A DNA stretch of 64,000 nt from Candidatus Saccharimonadota bacterium (GCA_029260875.1 JAJDCL010000009.1:103-64102); one strand, 5' to 3'; shown: positions 39,099 through 48,865, counted from the first letter of the stretch. Notes: generated from the letters alone by a model not told the origin. Translations and numbers: made by a program.

Positions 39099-40472
39099 TT
39101 AGTTCTCAAACGGAGTTGTGGCTTGATGCTTAGTATCAAGGCTGCGGAATCTTTGTTTGTCGCGCTCAAAATACAGCTCTATTGTTCCGGTTGGCCCGTT
39201 TCTGTGTTTTTTGATAAGAATGTCAGTAATGTTTTTACGGTCGGTGTCAGGATTATAATAATCTTCCCGATAGATAAACGATACAACGTCAGCATCCTGT
39301 TCGATTGATCCTGACTCTCTAAGGTCAGACAGTTGCGGAATTTGGGGGCTGCGACTTTCGACCGAACGACTTAGCTGGCTAAGGGCCATGAGTGGTACGT
39401 TCAACTCGCGCGCAATACCCTTTAGGCCTCTAGAAATTTCGCTAATTTCCTGAACACGATTGCCGTCGCCACCAAACTTCATACCGCCACTCATCAGTTG
39501 CAGATAGTCCACAACCACCAACCCTAGCTCGCGTTGATGAGCTTCGCGTCTTGCTTTTGTTCTTAGGTCGCTAACGGTTATCGATGGGCTATCGTCAATA
39601 AATATTTGAGCCTCAGATAATGTGCCCATTGCATGCCCGATCTTCTCAAAATCTGAGTCTGTCAAATTGCCGGTCCTGAGCGCCCAAGCATCAACGCCAG
39701 ACTCCATAGCTAATAAACGGTCTACTAACTGCTCTTTGCTCATTTCAAGACTAAAAATTAATACAGGCATATTAGCTTTTATGGCGACGTTATGGGCAAG
39801 GTTCAACGCAAGCGCTGTTTTACCCATAGATGGTCGCGCGGCTAGCACAAACAAGTCTGAGCGCTGTAAGCCCGCTAGCATATTATCCATATCCTTAAAG
39901 CCGGTTGGTACGCCTCGGATTTTACCTTTGTCCTTATGCAGTTCGTCTAATCTGTCAAAGCTTTCGCTTAAAATAGTTTCTAGGCTAGTAACATCTTGTT
40001 TGAGATGTCGTTGGCTTACCTCAAATAATCTAGCCTCGGCTTCCTCGACAAGCTCCTGCATGCTTTTGCCTTCGTTATGGCCAAGCCCTACCATATCCTG
40101 CGAAGCCTTGATTAAACGGCGCCTCATAGCCTTTTCTGCGATTATGGCAGCATATTGTTCACTGTGTGCAGCAGTAGGAACAAAGTTTGTAAGTTCTGTT
40201 AGGTACGATGGCCCGCCTACCATTTCTAAGAAGCCGGCCCCCTTAAGCTGATCTGCCAATGTGAGAACATCAATAGGGCTGTGTTTATCGTATAGCGCGC
40301 GCATTGCTTCATAGATACGTCCATGACGCTCATCATAAAAATCTTGCGTGTGGATGATGTCGGCAACCTTTACAATTGCGTCAGCATCTAATAGCACCGC
40401 ACCAAGCAGGCTGGCTTCAGCCTCAAGGTTTTGAGGAGGAACATTAATAGTGCCGGAATTTTTATCGTTCAT
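39099..40472 (-). CDS. dnaB: Replicative DNA helicase
   Basis: AARPSMGKT, VDYLQL, LRESGSIEQDAD. Confidence 0.99.
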   Translation of the reverse strand: MNDKNSGTINVPPQNLEAEASLLGAVLLDADAIVKVADIIHTQDFYDERHGRIYEAMRALYDKHSPIDVLTLADQLKGAGFLEMVGGPSYLTELTNFVPTAAHSEQYAAIIAEKAMRRRLIKASQDMVGLGHNEGKSMQELVEEAEARLFEVSQRHLKQDVTSLETILSESFDRLDELHKDKGKIRGVPTGFKDMDNMLAGLQRSDLFVLAARPSMGKTALALNLAHNVAIKANMPVLIFSLEMSKEQLVDRLLAMESGVDAWALRTGNLTDSDFEKIGHAMGTLSEAQIFIDDSPSITVSDLRTKARREAHQRELGLVVVDYLQLMSGGMKFGGDGNRVQEISEISRGLKGIARELNVPLMALSQLSRSVESRSPQIPQLSDLRESGSIEQDADVVSFIYREDYYNPDTDRKNITDILIKKHRNGPTGTIELYFERDKQRFRSLDTKHQATTPFEN

Positions 40473-40479
40473 CTAGTAA

Positions 40480-41925
40480 TTACTCTAGCACTTCACCGCC
40501 ACCGAAGATATTGCTTATGTTCTCCAAAGCGTCATCATCTGGCTTGTTAGGCGATAGTTGAGGCCGTGGATTATAGAAGTTCGTTGGCTTGTATTTTGGG
40601 TCAAGCTCACACCTGACAATAACCGCAGTCCCGGCCAGCTCACCAACTGTGTCAGAAACTATCTGCTTATTGCGAATTTCATTAAGACGTTTTTGGTGAA
40701 AGGGAAAACTTACGATCAAAGTAAGCTCATTACCGCTAAACTTTGGGGCAGCAATTCGCGCAATACTATATAAGGTATTGTACTTTAGCTTGAGTTGCTG
40801 TAACGCTTCTTGCCATAATTTCTCGCTTAAGACTACGCTAGGTCTTGGCTGAGTTTTGGCAGGTGCTGGTGTATCAGCAACTTTTGAATCTGGCAGGTCC
40901 GTCCTTTCGGCTACTTTAGCAGAAGCATCGCTGGTCGGGGCGACAGGATGTAATGCCTGGGCTCTATTTGGAGCCGCCGTACTTAGTAGCGTGATTTCTA
41001 GTAGGCTGCTCGGATCGTGAGAAGTCGGTATCTCTATTAGTTGTTTAAGCAGGTCTGTAGCCACGGATGGCTCTAAAATATTATTGTCCTCAATCAGACA
41101 CGTCCGCAGATATTGCGCCAACTGCTTTGCGACTTGGGTCGCTAGCACTCCTTGCTCGCTTATCTGGCCAAGTTTTTCAACCAGCCCTTTCTTATCACCT
41201 GCTGCAAGTAAGGCGATGATCTCCTTCGCTACAGATATCGGGGGGATCCCTAAAAGTTCTTGTATGCCCTTAGGAGTGACTTTTTTGCCTATTCCGCGCA
41301 CTTGGTCTAGTAGGCCGATGCTGTCCCGAAAAGATCCTCCGCCATGTGTGGCAATCATTTCTAAGGCTTCATCCTCTATATTAATATTTTCCAGTCGAGC
41401 GATTGATTTAAGATGGCTAATAACCTTGTCTTTTTCTACGAGTTTAAAACCAAACCGTTGCGTCCGACTTATAATTGTTTCAGGTAATTTGTGCGCCTCA
41501 GTTGTTGCGAGTATAAAGATAGCGTGTGCCGGCGGCTCCTCAAGTGTTTTAAGAAGTGCGTTAAACGCCTCTTTCGTAAGCATGTGTACTTCATCAATAA
41601 TATAAACCTTATATTTTGCGCTGCCGGGCGTTATGTGTACGCGTTCGCGAAGTTCGCGAATTTCATCAATACGGCGGTTGCTGGCGGCATCAATTTCTAT
41701 TATGTCCAAATGAGTGGCCTCATCTTCATAAGTCAATCCATTGACTGCGTGAGCAAGTATGCGGGCCACAGACGTTTTGCCAGTGCCCCTGGGGCCGGTA
41801 AAAAGATACGCGTGTCCAATATTATCGCTTTTTATTGCGTTTTTTAGGGTTGTCGTGATGTGGTCTTGCCCCACAACTTCGTCAACTGATCGCGGCCGAT
41901 ACTTACGATATAATGCCTGTCCCAT
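40480..41925 (-). CDS. dnaX: DNA polymerase III gamma/tau
   Basis: ALYRKYRP, GPRGTGKT, IIDEVHML, LLKTLEEPP. Confidence 0.98.
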   Translation of the reverse strand: MGQALYRKYRPRSVDEVVGQDHITTTLKNAIKSDNIGHAYLFTGPRGTGKTSVARILAHAVNGLTYEDEATHLDIIEIDAASNRRIDEIRELRERVHITPGSAKYKVYIIDEVHMLTKEAFNALLKTLEEPPAHAIFILATTEAHKLPETIISRTQRFGFKLVEKDKVISHLKSIARLENINIEDEALEMIATHGGGSFRDSIGLLDQVRGIGKKVTPKGIQELLGIPPISVAKEIIALLAAGDKKGLVEKLGQISEQGVLATQVAKQLAQYLRTCLIEDNNILEPSVATDLLKQLIEIPTSHDPSSLLEITLLSTAAPNRAQALHPVAPTSDASAKVAERTDLPDSKVADTPAPAKTQPRPSVVLSEKLWQEALQQLKLKYNTLYSIARIAAPKFSGNELTLIVSFPFHQKRLNEIRNKQIVSDTVGELAGTAVIVRCELDPKYKPTNFYNPRPQLSPNKPDDDALENISNIFGGGEVLE

Positions 41926-41975
41926 ATATTTATCATATTATACTGCAGTTGACGCCCCTTGGCTGTTGTTGATTT

Positions 41976-42227
41976 TTAACGGTAGAGCTCTAAGATTAGC
42001 TTGCCACTACCCAGGCAGTTCGGTTCGGCTTGGTAGCGCTTTAGCTCATTCATGATTGCTTGCTTGTAGGCTGCTTCACCGCTTTGGCTTTTGTAATATT
42101 TCTGATAAGTGATGCGGTTGTCGCAACTGCTAATTTCCTTAAACTCAAGCGGACGTGATGACAAGTACAATGATAACAATGCTCCTAGAACCAGGAGTAT
42201 TATTAATTTTGCCAAATTAGCGGGCAT
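41976..42227 (-). CDS. Small exported or membrane hypothetical protein
   Basis: N-terminal hydrophobic helix and two Cys. Confidence 0.55.
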   Translation of the reverse strand: MPANLAKLIILLVLGALLSLYLSSRPLEFKEISSCDNRITYQKYYKSQSGEAAYKQAIMNELKRYQAEPNCLGSGKLILELYR

Positions 42228-42231
42228 CTAC

Positions 42232-42741
42232 CTATAGTGCAGCTTCAAGCGCAGCCCACTCTGCTACAGAATCATCTTCGGGTACGTTGACGCTTACCTG
42301 GTCACCAGGCTTAGCTTTGAAATAAGTAACACTTGCCAAAAGAACTCGGAACTTTTTCTTATTTACTTCTACATAATAGTGACCATTTTCTTGAGTCAAG
42401 ACGCCCACAACTTGCTTTCTGGGGATTGGGCCGATCTGCTTATACATAAAAGCGCCGTCATCAGCTATGGTTAGCTTTAGAATATCGCCCTGAACTAGCT
42501 TAGATTTGCTGGCGTAGTTAGCTGGTACAGGATATGTTTTGCCATCCGAGCCAACCATGTTTTGCCCGTCAAAGACGCCTTCAATCACCTTGCCAAGCGG
42601 CTCATCCGCTAAGGCGCTGCCAGTAACTGGCTCTTCGCCAACTAAACTAATTAGCAACTCCTTGGCGGCCGCAAGGCCAGTTTCTGCTTCTTGTATTAGT
42701 GTTTTAAGACGTTTAATCTGTTTGTCTGGTACTTCTGCCAT
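42232..42741 (-). CDS. Conserved hypothetical protein (CPR-type)
   Basis: IEGVFDG, YPVPANYASKSKLV, YKQIGP, VLLASVTY. Confidence 0.8.
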   Translation of the reverse strand: MAEVPDKQIKRLKTLIQEAETGLAAAKELLISLVGEEPVTGSALADEPLGKVIEGVFDGQNMVGSDGKTYPVPANYASKSKLVQGDILKLTIADDGAFMYKQIGPIPRKQVVGVLTQENGHYYVEVNKKKFRVLLASVTYFKAKPGDQVSVNVPEDDSVAEWAALEAAL

Positions 42742-42832
42742 CTCCGTAGCCTCTCCGTAAGTGTTTGTTTGGTACACTTCTGTCCTAAAACTACCATGTT
42801 TACTATGTCAAGTCAAAATCACAATTGTTTGT

Positions 42833-42841
42833 TGTGGATAA
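42833..42841 (-). promoter_or_regulatory. Single perfect DnaA box
   Basis: TTATCCACA on the minus strand, upstream of a TTGACT-17-TAGTTT promoter. Confidence 0.5.
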
Positions 42842-42887
42842 GTTTTCTATAGGTAAACGGCCGTATTATAAGACCTATAAGGTATAC

Positions 42888-42923
42888 AAACAGTAGCTGC
42901 CCTCGATAGGACAGCTACTGTTT
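42888..42923 (-). terminator. Terminator of rplJL
   Basis: AAACAGTAGCTG...CAGCTACTGTTT hairpin. Confidence 0.8.
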
Positions 42924-42945
42924 ATGATCTGTGAATTAGTCAGCC

Positions 42946-43326
42946 TTAGGCTAACTCAACAGTTGCGCCGGCTTCTTCAAGTGTCTTTTTGGCAGCGTCA
43001 GCGTCTTCTTTCTTTGCCTTTTCAAGCACAGTTTTAGGGGCACCGTCCACAATGGCTTTGGCTTCACCAAGACCAAGACCGGTAATGTCCTTAACCGCCT
43101 TAATTACCGCTACTTTCTGGGCTCCAGCGTCCTTTAGAACGACGTCATATTCGCTCTTTGCTTCTTCTGCTGGTGCAGCGTCACCGCCACCAGCTGGACC
43201 GGCTACGGCCACAGCTGCAGCTGCCGGCTCAATACCGTACTCGTCTTTTAGAATTGTCTTTAGTTCGTTTACTTCAAGGACAGTTAAGCCCGTAAGCTGT
43301 TCTGCCATTTTCTTTAAATCAGCCAT
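42946..43326 (-). CDS. rplL: 50S ribosomal protein bL12
   Basis: [20 protein letters not shown]. Confidence 0.98.
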   Translation of the reverse strand: MADLKKMAEQLTGLTVLEVNELKTILKDEYGIEPAAAAVAVAGPAGGGDAAPAEEAKSEYDVVLKDAGAQKVAVIKAVKDITGLGLGEAKAIVDGAPKTVLEKAKKEDADAAKKTLEEAGATVELA

Positions 43327-43352
43327 AATTGATTCCTTTCTAAATTAATAGT

Positions 43353-43877
43353 TTAACTCGTTGCCTTCGCTTCTATGCCGTCAAGAAGTGCATGCAAATT
43401 GCCTGACAGGCCGTTCATTACATCGTTTACTGGCGACGTAAGTGTGGCCATAACCTGGGCTATAAGTTCATTCTTGCTTGGCAGGTTAGCGAGTGCCTTA
43501 ACATCTTCGGCGGGGATAAACTTGCCTTCTGCTGTAAGCCCACCAACAAACTTAATTGTCGGCTGGGTCTTGGCAAAAGCTGCAAGCGTTTGTGCCGAGG
43601 CTACTTCATCTTCTGAATTAAAAGCATATACGAGCATGCCTGTAAGGGCACTAGTGTCTGTATCCTTATGAATGTTCGTATGCTTCATTGCCTGGATTAC
43701 GAGACGGTTCTTGACAACCTTTACGGTTGTGCCATTGTCCCGCCCATTGCGACGCAGAGTTTGCATAGCCTTAACCGGTGTGCCTTGATAGGCAGCTACT
43801 ACGGTCATCTTAGAGGTGTTCAGTAAATCACTGACTTCCTGGACTACCTGATTTTTCTTATCTTTGGTTAATGCCAT
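43353..43877 (-). CDS. rplJ: 50S ribosomal protein uL10
   Basis: KVVKNRL, ALANLPSKNEL. Confidence 0.97.
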   Translation of the reverse strand: MALTKDKKNQVVQEVSDLLNTSKMTVVAAYQGTPVKAMQTLRRNGRDNGTTVKVVKNRLVIQAMKHTNIHKDTDTSALTGMLVYAFNSEDEVASAQTLAAFAKTQPTIKFVGGLTAEGKFIPAEDVKALANLPSKNELIAQVMATLTSPVNDVMNGLSGNLHALLDGIEAKATS

Positions 43878-43935
43878 AGATATTCCTTTGTTAGTTCATT
43901 TGTGGCAACTATCGACCTGTAGTTGACTCGTTAGT

Positions 43936-44054
43936 ACCAAAAAAGCCTCTTGTTACCAAGAAGCTTTCTTAAAGAGTGCTTAAAAACAAAATAATAAGTT
44001 TTTTCGCACCTCGGCGACATTATCAAGGTTTCCCCGTCGCTGTCTTTGGTAACC
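43936..44054 (-). ncRNA. L10 leader (autoregulatory) with a terminator hairpin
   Basis: CCAAAGACAGCGAC...GTCGCCGAGG core, then AAAGCTTCTTGG...CAAGAGGCTTTTTT; promoter TTGACT-17-TAGACT (44088-44060). Confidence 0.85.
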
Positions 44055-44097
44055 TGTTAAGTCTAACAGATTGAACATCCCAAGTCAACAGGGATGA

Positions 44098-44334
44098 TCA
44101 GGCTACGCCATGAGCCCAAAAAGCATCAGGAACGTGCCGGTCGGCGAGATCCGCTGTGGATGGCTCCGTGCCATCATACGGTATGACTACTGGTGCGCTT
44201 ACCACGTTGGCGACCGCTAATTGACCTGCATCTTGTGCCGGGACATTTACATGATTTGTACTGTTGCCCTCCTGGTAGCATTCAGGGGTTTTTGAAGGCG
44301 CAACATCTTTAACTAAACTCGGGTCAACATTCAT
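44098..44334 (-). CDS. 78-aa acidic hypothetical protein under attenuator control
   Basis: RBS GAGGAGG; directly after a terminator. Confidence 0.7.
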   Translation of the reverse strand: MNVDPSLVKDVAPSKTPECYQEGNSTNHVNVPAQDAGQLAVANVVSAPVVIPYDGTEPSTADLADRHVPDAFWAHGVA

Positions 44335-44346
44335 TTTATCCTCCTC

Positions 44347-44494
44347 AAATTAAAAATCAGACTTTCGGTGAAGCCTGATTAATTTTGCTGGGGCTGTGCT
44401 GGAAGCGCGTTAGCGCTCAGGCTTCAACCATATTGAAGCACAGCCCAGTTAGTGCTAGGAGTAGATGCAAGCTGTGCTGAGGATTGAAGTACAT
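44347..44494 (-). promoter_or_regulatory. Leader-peptide attenuator, left (uORF 44494-44417 MYFNPQHSLHLLLALTGLCFNMVEA)
   Basis: The uORF end GAAGCCTGA is complementary to the terminator arm TCAGGCTTC; terminator AATCAGGCTT-CACCGA-AAGTCTGATT-TTTAATTT. Confidence 0.75.
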
Positions 44495-44503
44495 ATTATG
44501 ACT

Positions 44504-44554
44504 AGGCTACCACTGGTCTGCTGGCTTGACAAGACCCCTGTTAGGGTGTAGGTT
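44504..44554. promoter_or_regulatory. Divergent promoters with overlapping -35 boxes
   Basis: CTTGACAAG: plus strand TTGACA-17-TAGGTT; minus strand TTGTCA-17-TAGCCT with TGn extension. Confidence 0.7.
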
Positions 44555-44561
44555 AGTAATC

Positions 44562-44717
44562 GTGATTAATAGAATCCAATCTACAATCAGTAAATATCTT
44601 TGCCTGCCTATTATGGTCAAGGTGTTTATGAAGATTACGTAGGTCGGAGTAGGCTTTTCACACAAGTAAATAGCAAACAGCAAACCGGACTCCGACCACT
44701 AGGGATCCGGTTTTTTT
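44562..44717 (+). promoter_or_regulatory. Leader-peptide attenuator, right (uORF 44562-44642 MINRIQSTISKYLCLPIMVKVFMKIT)
   Basis: GGTCGGAGT (44642-44650) at the uORF stop pairs with ACTCCGACC (44689-44697) inside terminator AAACCGGA...TCCGGTTTTTTT. Confidence 0.75.
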
Positions 44718-44728
44718 ATGGAGTAATT

Positions 44729-45304
44729 ATGAGTCCTGTTAACTTAAGTACGGAGATACCAACGGGGCTAATCCTGGCTGGCGAGCAAGCTGTTCATCAG
44801 CGCGTGCCTATGGATGTGGCTTTGAGGAGTGGTCTATTAGTGGAGTCACTAGACCCACGCACATTGCAAACTATTACCGACCGGACTCAGATGCTTTTGG
44901 GCGCCATTGTGTCTCAGGGAATGAACAACGAAACAACGTGCGCGCAACCAGCAAGAGAATGCATCGCCTACGGCTATGAACTTGGCGCTCTGGCAATTAT
45001 GGAGATTCAAGAGAGTCTGCTTAGTATTATGGGTACACACCCTGGTAAGCGTGTAGAGTTTACAAACGGAGTCGCCGAGATCTTTTGGGGCGGACATATT
45101 GGCAAGCATCTGGTATCTTTAACGAAATATTGCGGAGGGATAGTGACTAATGTTAATGGACGGGACACCGAAGTTCAGGGGGGGTATATAGTCTGCAATC
45201 TGAAGTTCTTAGAACACCCTGAAAATGCGTACGGCTTTAAAGAGCCCATCACTATCCTCTTCTACTTAGTTAATGACTTTGTAGTGCAAGAGTACAGTGT
45301 CTGA
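44729..45304 (+). CDS. Hypothetical protein under attenuator control
   Basis: RBS GGAG plus ATG 44729, just after the terminator. Confidence 0.7.
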   Translation: MSPVNLSTEIPTGLILAGEQAVHQRVPMDVALRSGLLVESLDPRTLQTITDRTQMLLGAIVSQGMNNETTCAQPARECIAYGYELGALAIMEIQESLLSIMGTHPGKRVEFTNGVAEIFWGGHIGKHLVSLTKYCGGIVTNVNGRDTEVQGGYIVCNLKFLEHPENAYGFKEPITILFYLVNDFVVQEYSV

Positions 45305-45766
45305 GTTAAGCTTTCTTACTTCTAGCAAATTTAAGTTAGCGTGCAAATTTGTGCCTAAAAGTGTCAACCCCTGGCCAAATAACAACGGCTCGATACTAAG
45401 GTAGAGTTCGTTGACTATGCCTGCGTTAAGAAATTGGTGGTAGATTGATGCTCCTCCACATATGGCTACAGATGAAACTCCTTCCCTATGCAAGCGGTTA
45501 ATAAGAGCTGCTGGAGGTTCTGCTGTGGTCTCGATATGATCCGCAGTGATGTTGTCAGGGCGCGATGTATAAACGATTGTTCGGCGACCCGGCAGCGCCC
45601 GACCGATTGTTTTAAAAGTATTTGACCCCATAATCATCGTACCGGCTTCTTTGGTTAAGCGTACAAATAATTGCTTGTCCTCTTTACTAGTCCAGTCAGC
45701 TGTATGCTGACTGTCCCTGCCAATAAACCCGTCGGCGGTAATGGCTGCAATAATAAAGACCTTCAT
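45266..45766 (-). CDS. folA: Dihydrofolate reductase (or RibD-C-like reductase)
   Basis: IMGSNTFKTIGRALPGR, ICGGASIY; near thyA. Confidence 0.8.
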   Translation of the reverse strand: MKVFIIAAITADGFIGRDSQHTADWTSKEDKQLFVRLTKEAGTMIMGSNTFKTIGRALPGRRTIVYTSRPDNITADHIETTAEPPAALINRLHREGVSSVAICGGASIYHQFLNAGIVNELYLSIEPLLFGQGLTLLGTNLHANLNLLEVRKLNSDTVLLHYKVIN

Positions 45767-46734
45767 TTACTTGTTATTCTCCGTATTTTTTTGCCGGCAA
45801 TACTTAACATGTCAAAAGTATAACCTGAAGAGTGGTCGTTCTGGTAAACTACCTCTTCAACGTCGGTTTCTACAAGCATGCGACCACACGTAGGGCATGG
45901 TAGTAGATTGATAAAAAGCGTTGAGCCCTTTAGGCTTACGCTTTTTCGCTGTGCTGCAATAAGCAACTCAACCTCGGCATGGACTGTGTCGTAATGATTC
46001 AGGTCGTGTGGTGGAGAAAAGTTGCGCTCCCGCGATGCTCCGTGGTGCATAGCATATGTTTCATAGGGGACAACCCTGTTGTGGGCTGTGGCTAGCAGCT
46101 TATGTTTGTTGCCATGTTTCAGGCCAAGTGCGGCGGCTGTTTGAAACCCGCCATAATCAAATGAATGGCGTGCTACTAGTAAGGTTAAGTCAAGCATCTC
46201 TCGTTCTGTAAAAAGCCCGGCCTTAGGAACTTGCGGTAGCCTAATGCCATCCGCGTAACCGCGAGCCTCCGCCTCACTGCTAAATGGCGATACAAATTCA
46301 TGATTAACCTGTTGGTTCGTAAGGATATAATACTCCGGGCGCAAGTGGAAAGCCGTATACCAGGACCCGTTAACCAGAATCACGCTTTTAAAACTTAGCT
46401 TCTCAAGCAAATATTTAAACTCGCGCTGAAAATACCTTAGCGTGTAAATTTTGTGCTTGCTGCCAGACTTATTAACCTTGTCAATAATTTTGCTTACGTC
46501 TGCGTAATCTAGCATCTTAAACTGAGCCTGCTGCTCTAGCCCATTAACATAAGGTTCTTTTGATATGCCGACAATTATGTTGCCTTTAGGCAGGTGCGTT
46601 TTGATTAATTGAGTAATGCGTTTTAGAGACATCTCTCTCGGTGCGTTGATAAAAACTGCGTTAAGCTTGTTAATAGGCTGTTTGCTCTGAAAAGCAATAT
46701 CGGACCAGTCCAAATCAAATTTAGTTATTGCCAT
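45763..46734 (-). CDS. dCMP-deaminase-like Zn deaminase with an extra N-terminal domain
   Basis: VHAE, PCPTC; about 170-aa N-terminal extension. Confidence 0.85.
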   Translation of the reverse strand: MAITKFDLDWSDIAFQSKQPINKLNAVFINAPREMSLKRITQLIKTHLPKGNIIVGISKEPYVNGLEQQAQFKMLDYADVSKIIDKVNKSGSKHKIYTLRYFQREFKYLLEKLSFKSVILVNGSWYTAFHLRPEYYILTNQQVNHEFVSPFSSEAEARGYADGIRLPQVPKAGLFTEREMLDLTLLVARHSFDYGGFQTAAALGLKHGNKHKLLATAHNRVVPYETYAMHHGASRERNFSPPHDLNHYDTVHAEVELLIAAQRKSVSLKGSTLFINLLPCPTCGRMLVETDVEEVVYQNDHSSGYTFDMLSIAGKKIRRITSK

Positions 46735-47254
46735 ATTTCCTACCATAGCGCTTTGAAAGCTTCGCCATCTTTGGGCCTAACTTTTTATAAAGAGTTACGT
46801 TTTCAAGGGGTGTGTAGGAGAGCTTTCTGTAGTTCCAAACAGCAAGATCCGGCGAGTCAAAAGGTATACAGTGAAAATGCAAGTGCTCCACAGTGCTCTG
46901 TGCGGGTATACCATCTTTTTGTATTATCTGCATACCTTTAACCTTGTGCGCTTCTCGTATGAGCTTTTTCGCAAGATACATAAACTTGCGCATTGTTTCC
47001 CATTCTTCCGGCGTAAGTTCCTTCACCGAACGTATGTGTCGTCTAGGGATAATCATAATATGCCCATCAATATAGGCGTACAAAGCCACTGTCATTACAA
47101 TGCCATTTTCTTCATTGATAATATACGAGGTGTTCAAGTCGCAAAATACGCACTTCCCGACCGATTGCCAGATCTTGTCGTATGCTTTGCTTGTACGTGC
47201 GTCACGATATGCTATCTGCTTTTTTTTCTCATCAGGCGTTAACTTTTCTAGCAA
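46721..47254 (-). CDS. HIT family nucleotide hydrolase
   Basis: CVFC, GHIMIIPRRH, HLHFH. Confidence 0.9.
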   Translation of the reverse strand: MLEKLTPDEKKKQIAYRDARTSKAYDKIWQSVGKCVFCDLNTSYIINEENGIVMTVALYAYIDGHIMIIPRRHIRSVKELTPEEWETMRKFMYLAKKLIREAHKVKGMQIIQKDGIPAQSTVEHLHFHCIPFDSPDLAVWNYRKLSYTPLENVTLYKKLGPKMAKLSKRYGRKYGNN

Positions 47255-47257
47255 GGC

Positions 47258-47818
47258 TTATCTCTCCTTAAGCGGATCTTTTCGCAATTCCATGAAATCC
47301 TTAAAAACCTCCCCAAGGTGTCCTCCAATGGCACGTTGCACAATCTTGGTAGTAGATAGACTAGTGGATTGTCGGTCCACAACCTTAACCTTACCACCGT
47401 ACTTGTTGACTGTTTTGTATTCTCTAGAGTTTTTATAGTCTTCCGTCCAGTCCTCTTTGACGGTCATAAAGATATCGGGCTGCAAAAGTCCCAACGAGGG
47501 CTGACAGCTCGGTTCGGGGAGTATCGTTACGAAATCCACGGCGTCCAAATATGTGAGCATCTCTGCACGTATCTTCTCATCCAGGATGGGCTTGTTGGGG
47601 CCCTTTACCTTTTGAATAGCAGAGTTGCTGCTTACGCCAACTACAAGCACGTCGCCCATAGCCTTGCCTTCTTCCAGGTAGCGACACTGGCCTACGTGTA
47701 GTAGGTCCCATGATCCGGCCGTAAAGACGATAGTTTTGCCTTTAGCCTTCAGCTGATCATGCAGAGTCATTAAATCACTTTGCTGGACCAATCTTTTTTT
47801 CCACTGAGCGTTTGTCAT
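47258..47818 (-). CDS. Cytidylyl/adenylyltransferase (RfaE domain II / TagD-like)
   Basis: FTAGSWDLLHVGQ, LVVGVSS, KGPNKP, STTKIV. Confidence 0.88.
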   Translation of the reverse strand: MTNAQWKKRLVQQSDLMTLHDQLKAKGKTIVFTAGSWDLLHVGQCRYLEEGKAMGDVLVVGVSSNSAIQKVKGPNKPILDEKIRAEMLTYLDAVDFVTILPEPSCQPSLGLLQPDIFMTVKEDWTEDYKNSREYKTVNKYGGKVKVVDRQSTSLSTTKIVQRAIGGHLGEVFKDFMELRKDPLKER

Positions 47819-47839
47819 AGAGCCTCTCCCTATAGCTAC

Positions 47840-48865
47840 TTAAGTCTGTCTTAACATTTGCTTGTTGAATGTAATGATACCACGATGGTCTAATAAGTTG
47901 AGCGTACTAACAAAATGCTCGTTCTGCCACAGTGATTCGTACGGATTGTGTCTTAAAAATTTATACAAATCATGCAGCAGAAAAAGACCTACTAACGGCC
48001 CTAGCAATTTTAGTTCGCCCTTAGAGAGACGTCCCTTGCCGCGTTTTTGGTAACCGCTTGTCAAAAAGTACTTATGTACCTGTGGCTCGGATTTATATTT
48101 GCAATCAACTAATAAGAAAGCCAGTGTACGCGCGACATCTAACACCACTGGCCCGCACGATGATTTTTCAAAATCAAGAATACCGGTGACGGCTAGCTCG
48201 CCACTTTTAGGATTGGTGCCGAACAAAACGTTTCCACGCACATAATCCATATGAAGCGCTTGTTGGCTCGGAAGTTTGTCGCAGCGGTTAAGAAGTTTAG
48301 TGAAATCGGCAAACACCTTAGGCAGTACGCTTAGCCCTAATTTATCCTGCAGAGCCTCCCTGACGTTGTGCCTGTGGAAGTATCGCGACATTCTAGAATA
48401 TGTACGAATGTAATCTTTAGTTGTAGCTGGCAGTGTGACCTGATCCGGCGCTCTGTAGCCAGTCAGTGCAGCATGCATGATCGCCATTGTCTCGCCAAGC
48501 ACTTTAATGTGATCCATTGTGTAAGACTCCCATGGGATTGTCGTTCCAAGCAGATAATTATAGAGTCCAGCATAGCTAGTCCCCCGGGGATTCGACAAAA
48601 CAACTATCCGCTTGTCGAGCGGTTTGCGTGCAGGTAAGCCGTGAAGTGATAAAAACTCACCGATGCTATTAGCAAATCTAATGCGCGCTAGTATGTTTGC
48701 TTCTCGCTTATAAATAATCAAGTTTACAAGTTCGCCACTTTCGGACTTAACGGGGTAGGAGCGGTTGCGGTAACCCCTTTGAAGTGGGCCAATTTCTTCC
48801 CAATTGACTCTGTATTCGGCCAATACAGCCGAGACAACTTCCATTTCCTTCCTCAAGTCTACCAT
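47840..48865 (-). CDS. APH/choline-kinase-like phosphotransferase
   Basis: GYRNRSY, LHMDYVRGNVLF, ILDFE. Confidence 0.85.
   Translation of the reverse strand: MVDLRKEMEVVSAVLAEYRVNWEEIGPLQRGYRNRSYPVKSESGELVNLIIYKREANILARIRFANSIGEFLSLHGLPARKPLDKRIVVLSNPRGTSYAGLYNYLLGTTIPWESYTMDHIKVLGETMAIMHAALTGYRAPDQVTLPATTKDYIRTYSRMSRYFHRHNVREALQDKLGLSVLPKVFADFTKLLNRCDKLPSQQALHMDYVRGNVLFGTNPKSGELAVTGILDFEKSSCGPVVLDVARTLAFLLVDCKYKSEPQVHKYFLTSGYQKRGKGRLSKGELKLLGPLVGLFLLHDLYKFLRHNPYESLWQNEHFVSTLNLLDHRGIITFNKQMLRQT

Noticed and set aside
42780..42900. Replication origin
   Set aside because: Only one clear DnaA box and no dnaA/dnaN nearby
44600..44728. N-terminal extension of the 44600-45304 track ORF
   Set aside because: It runs through the attenuator and terminator; the RBS supports ATG 44729
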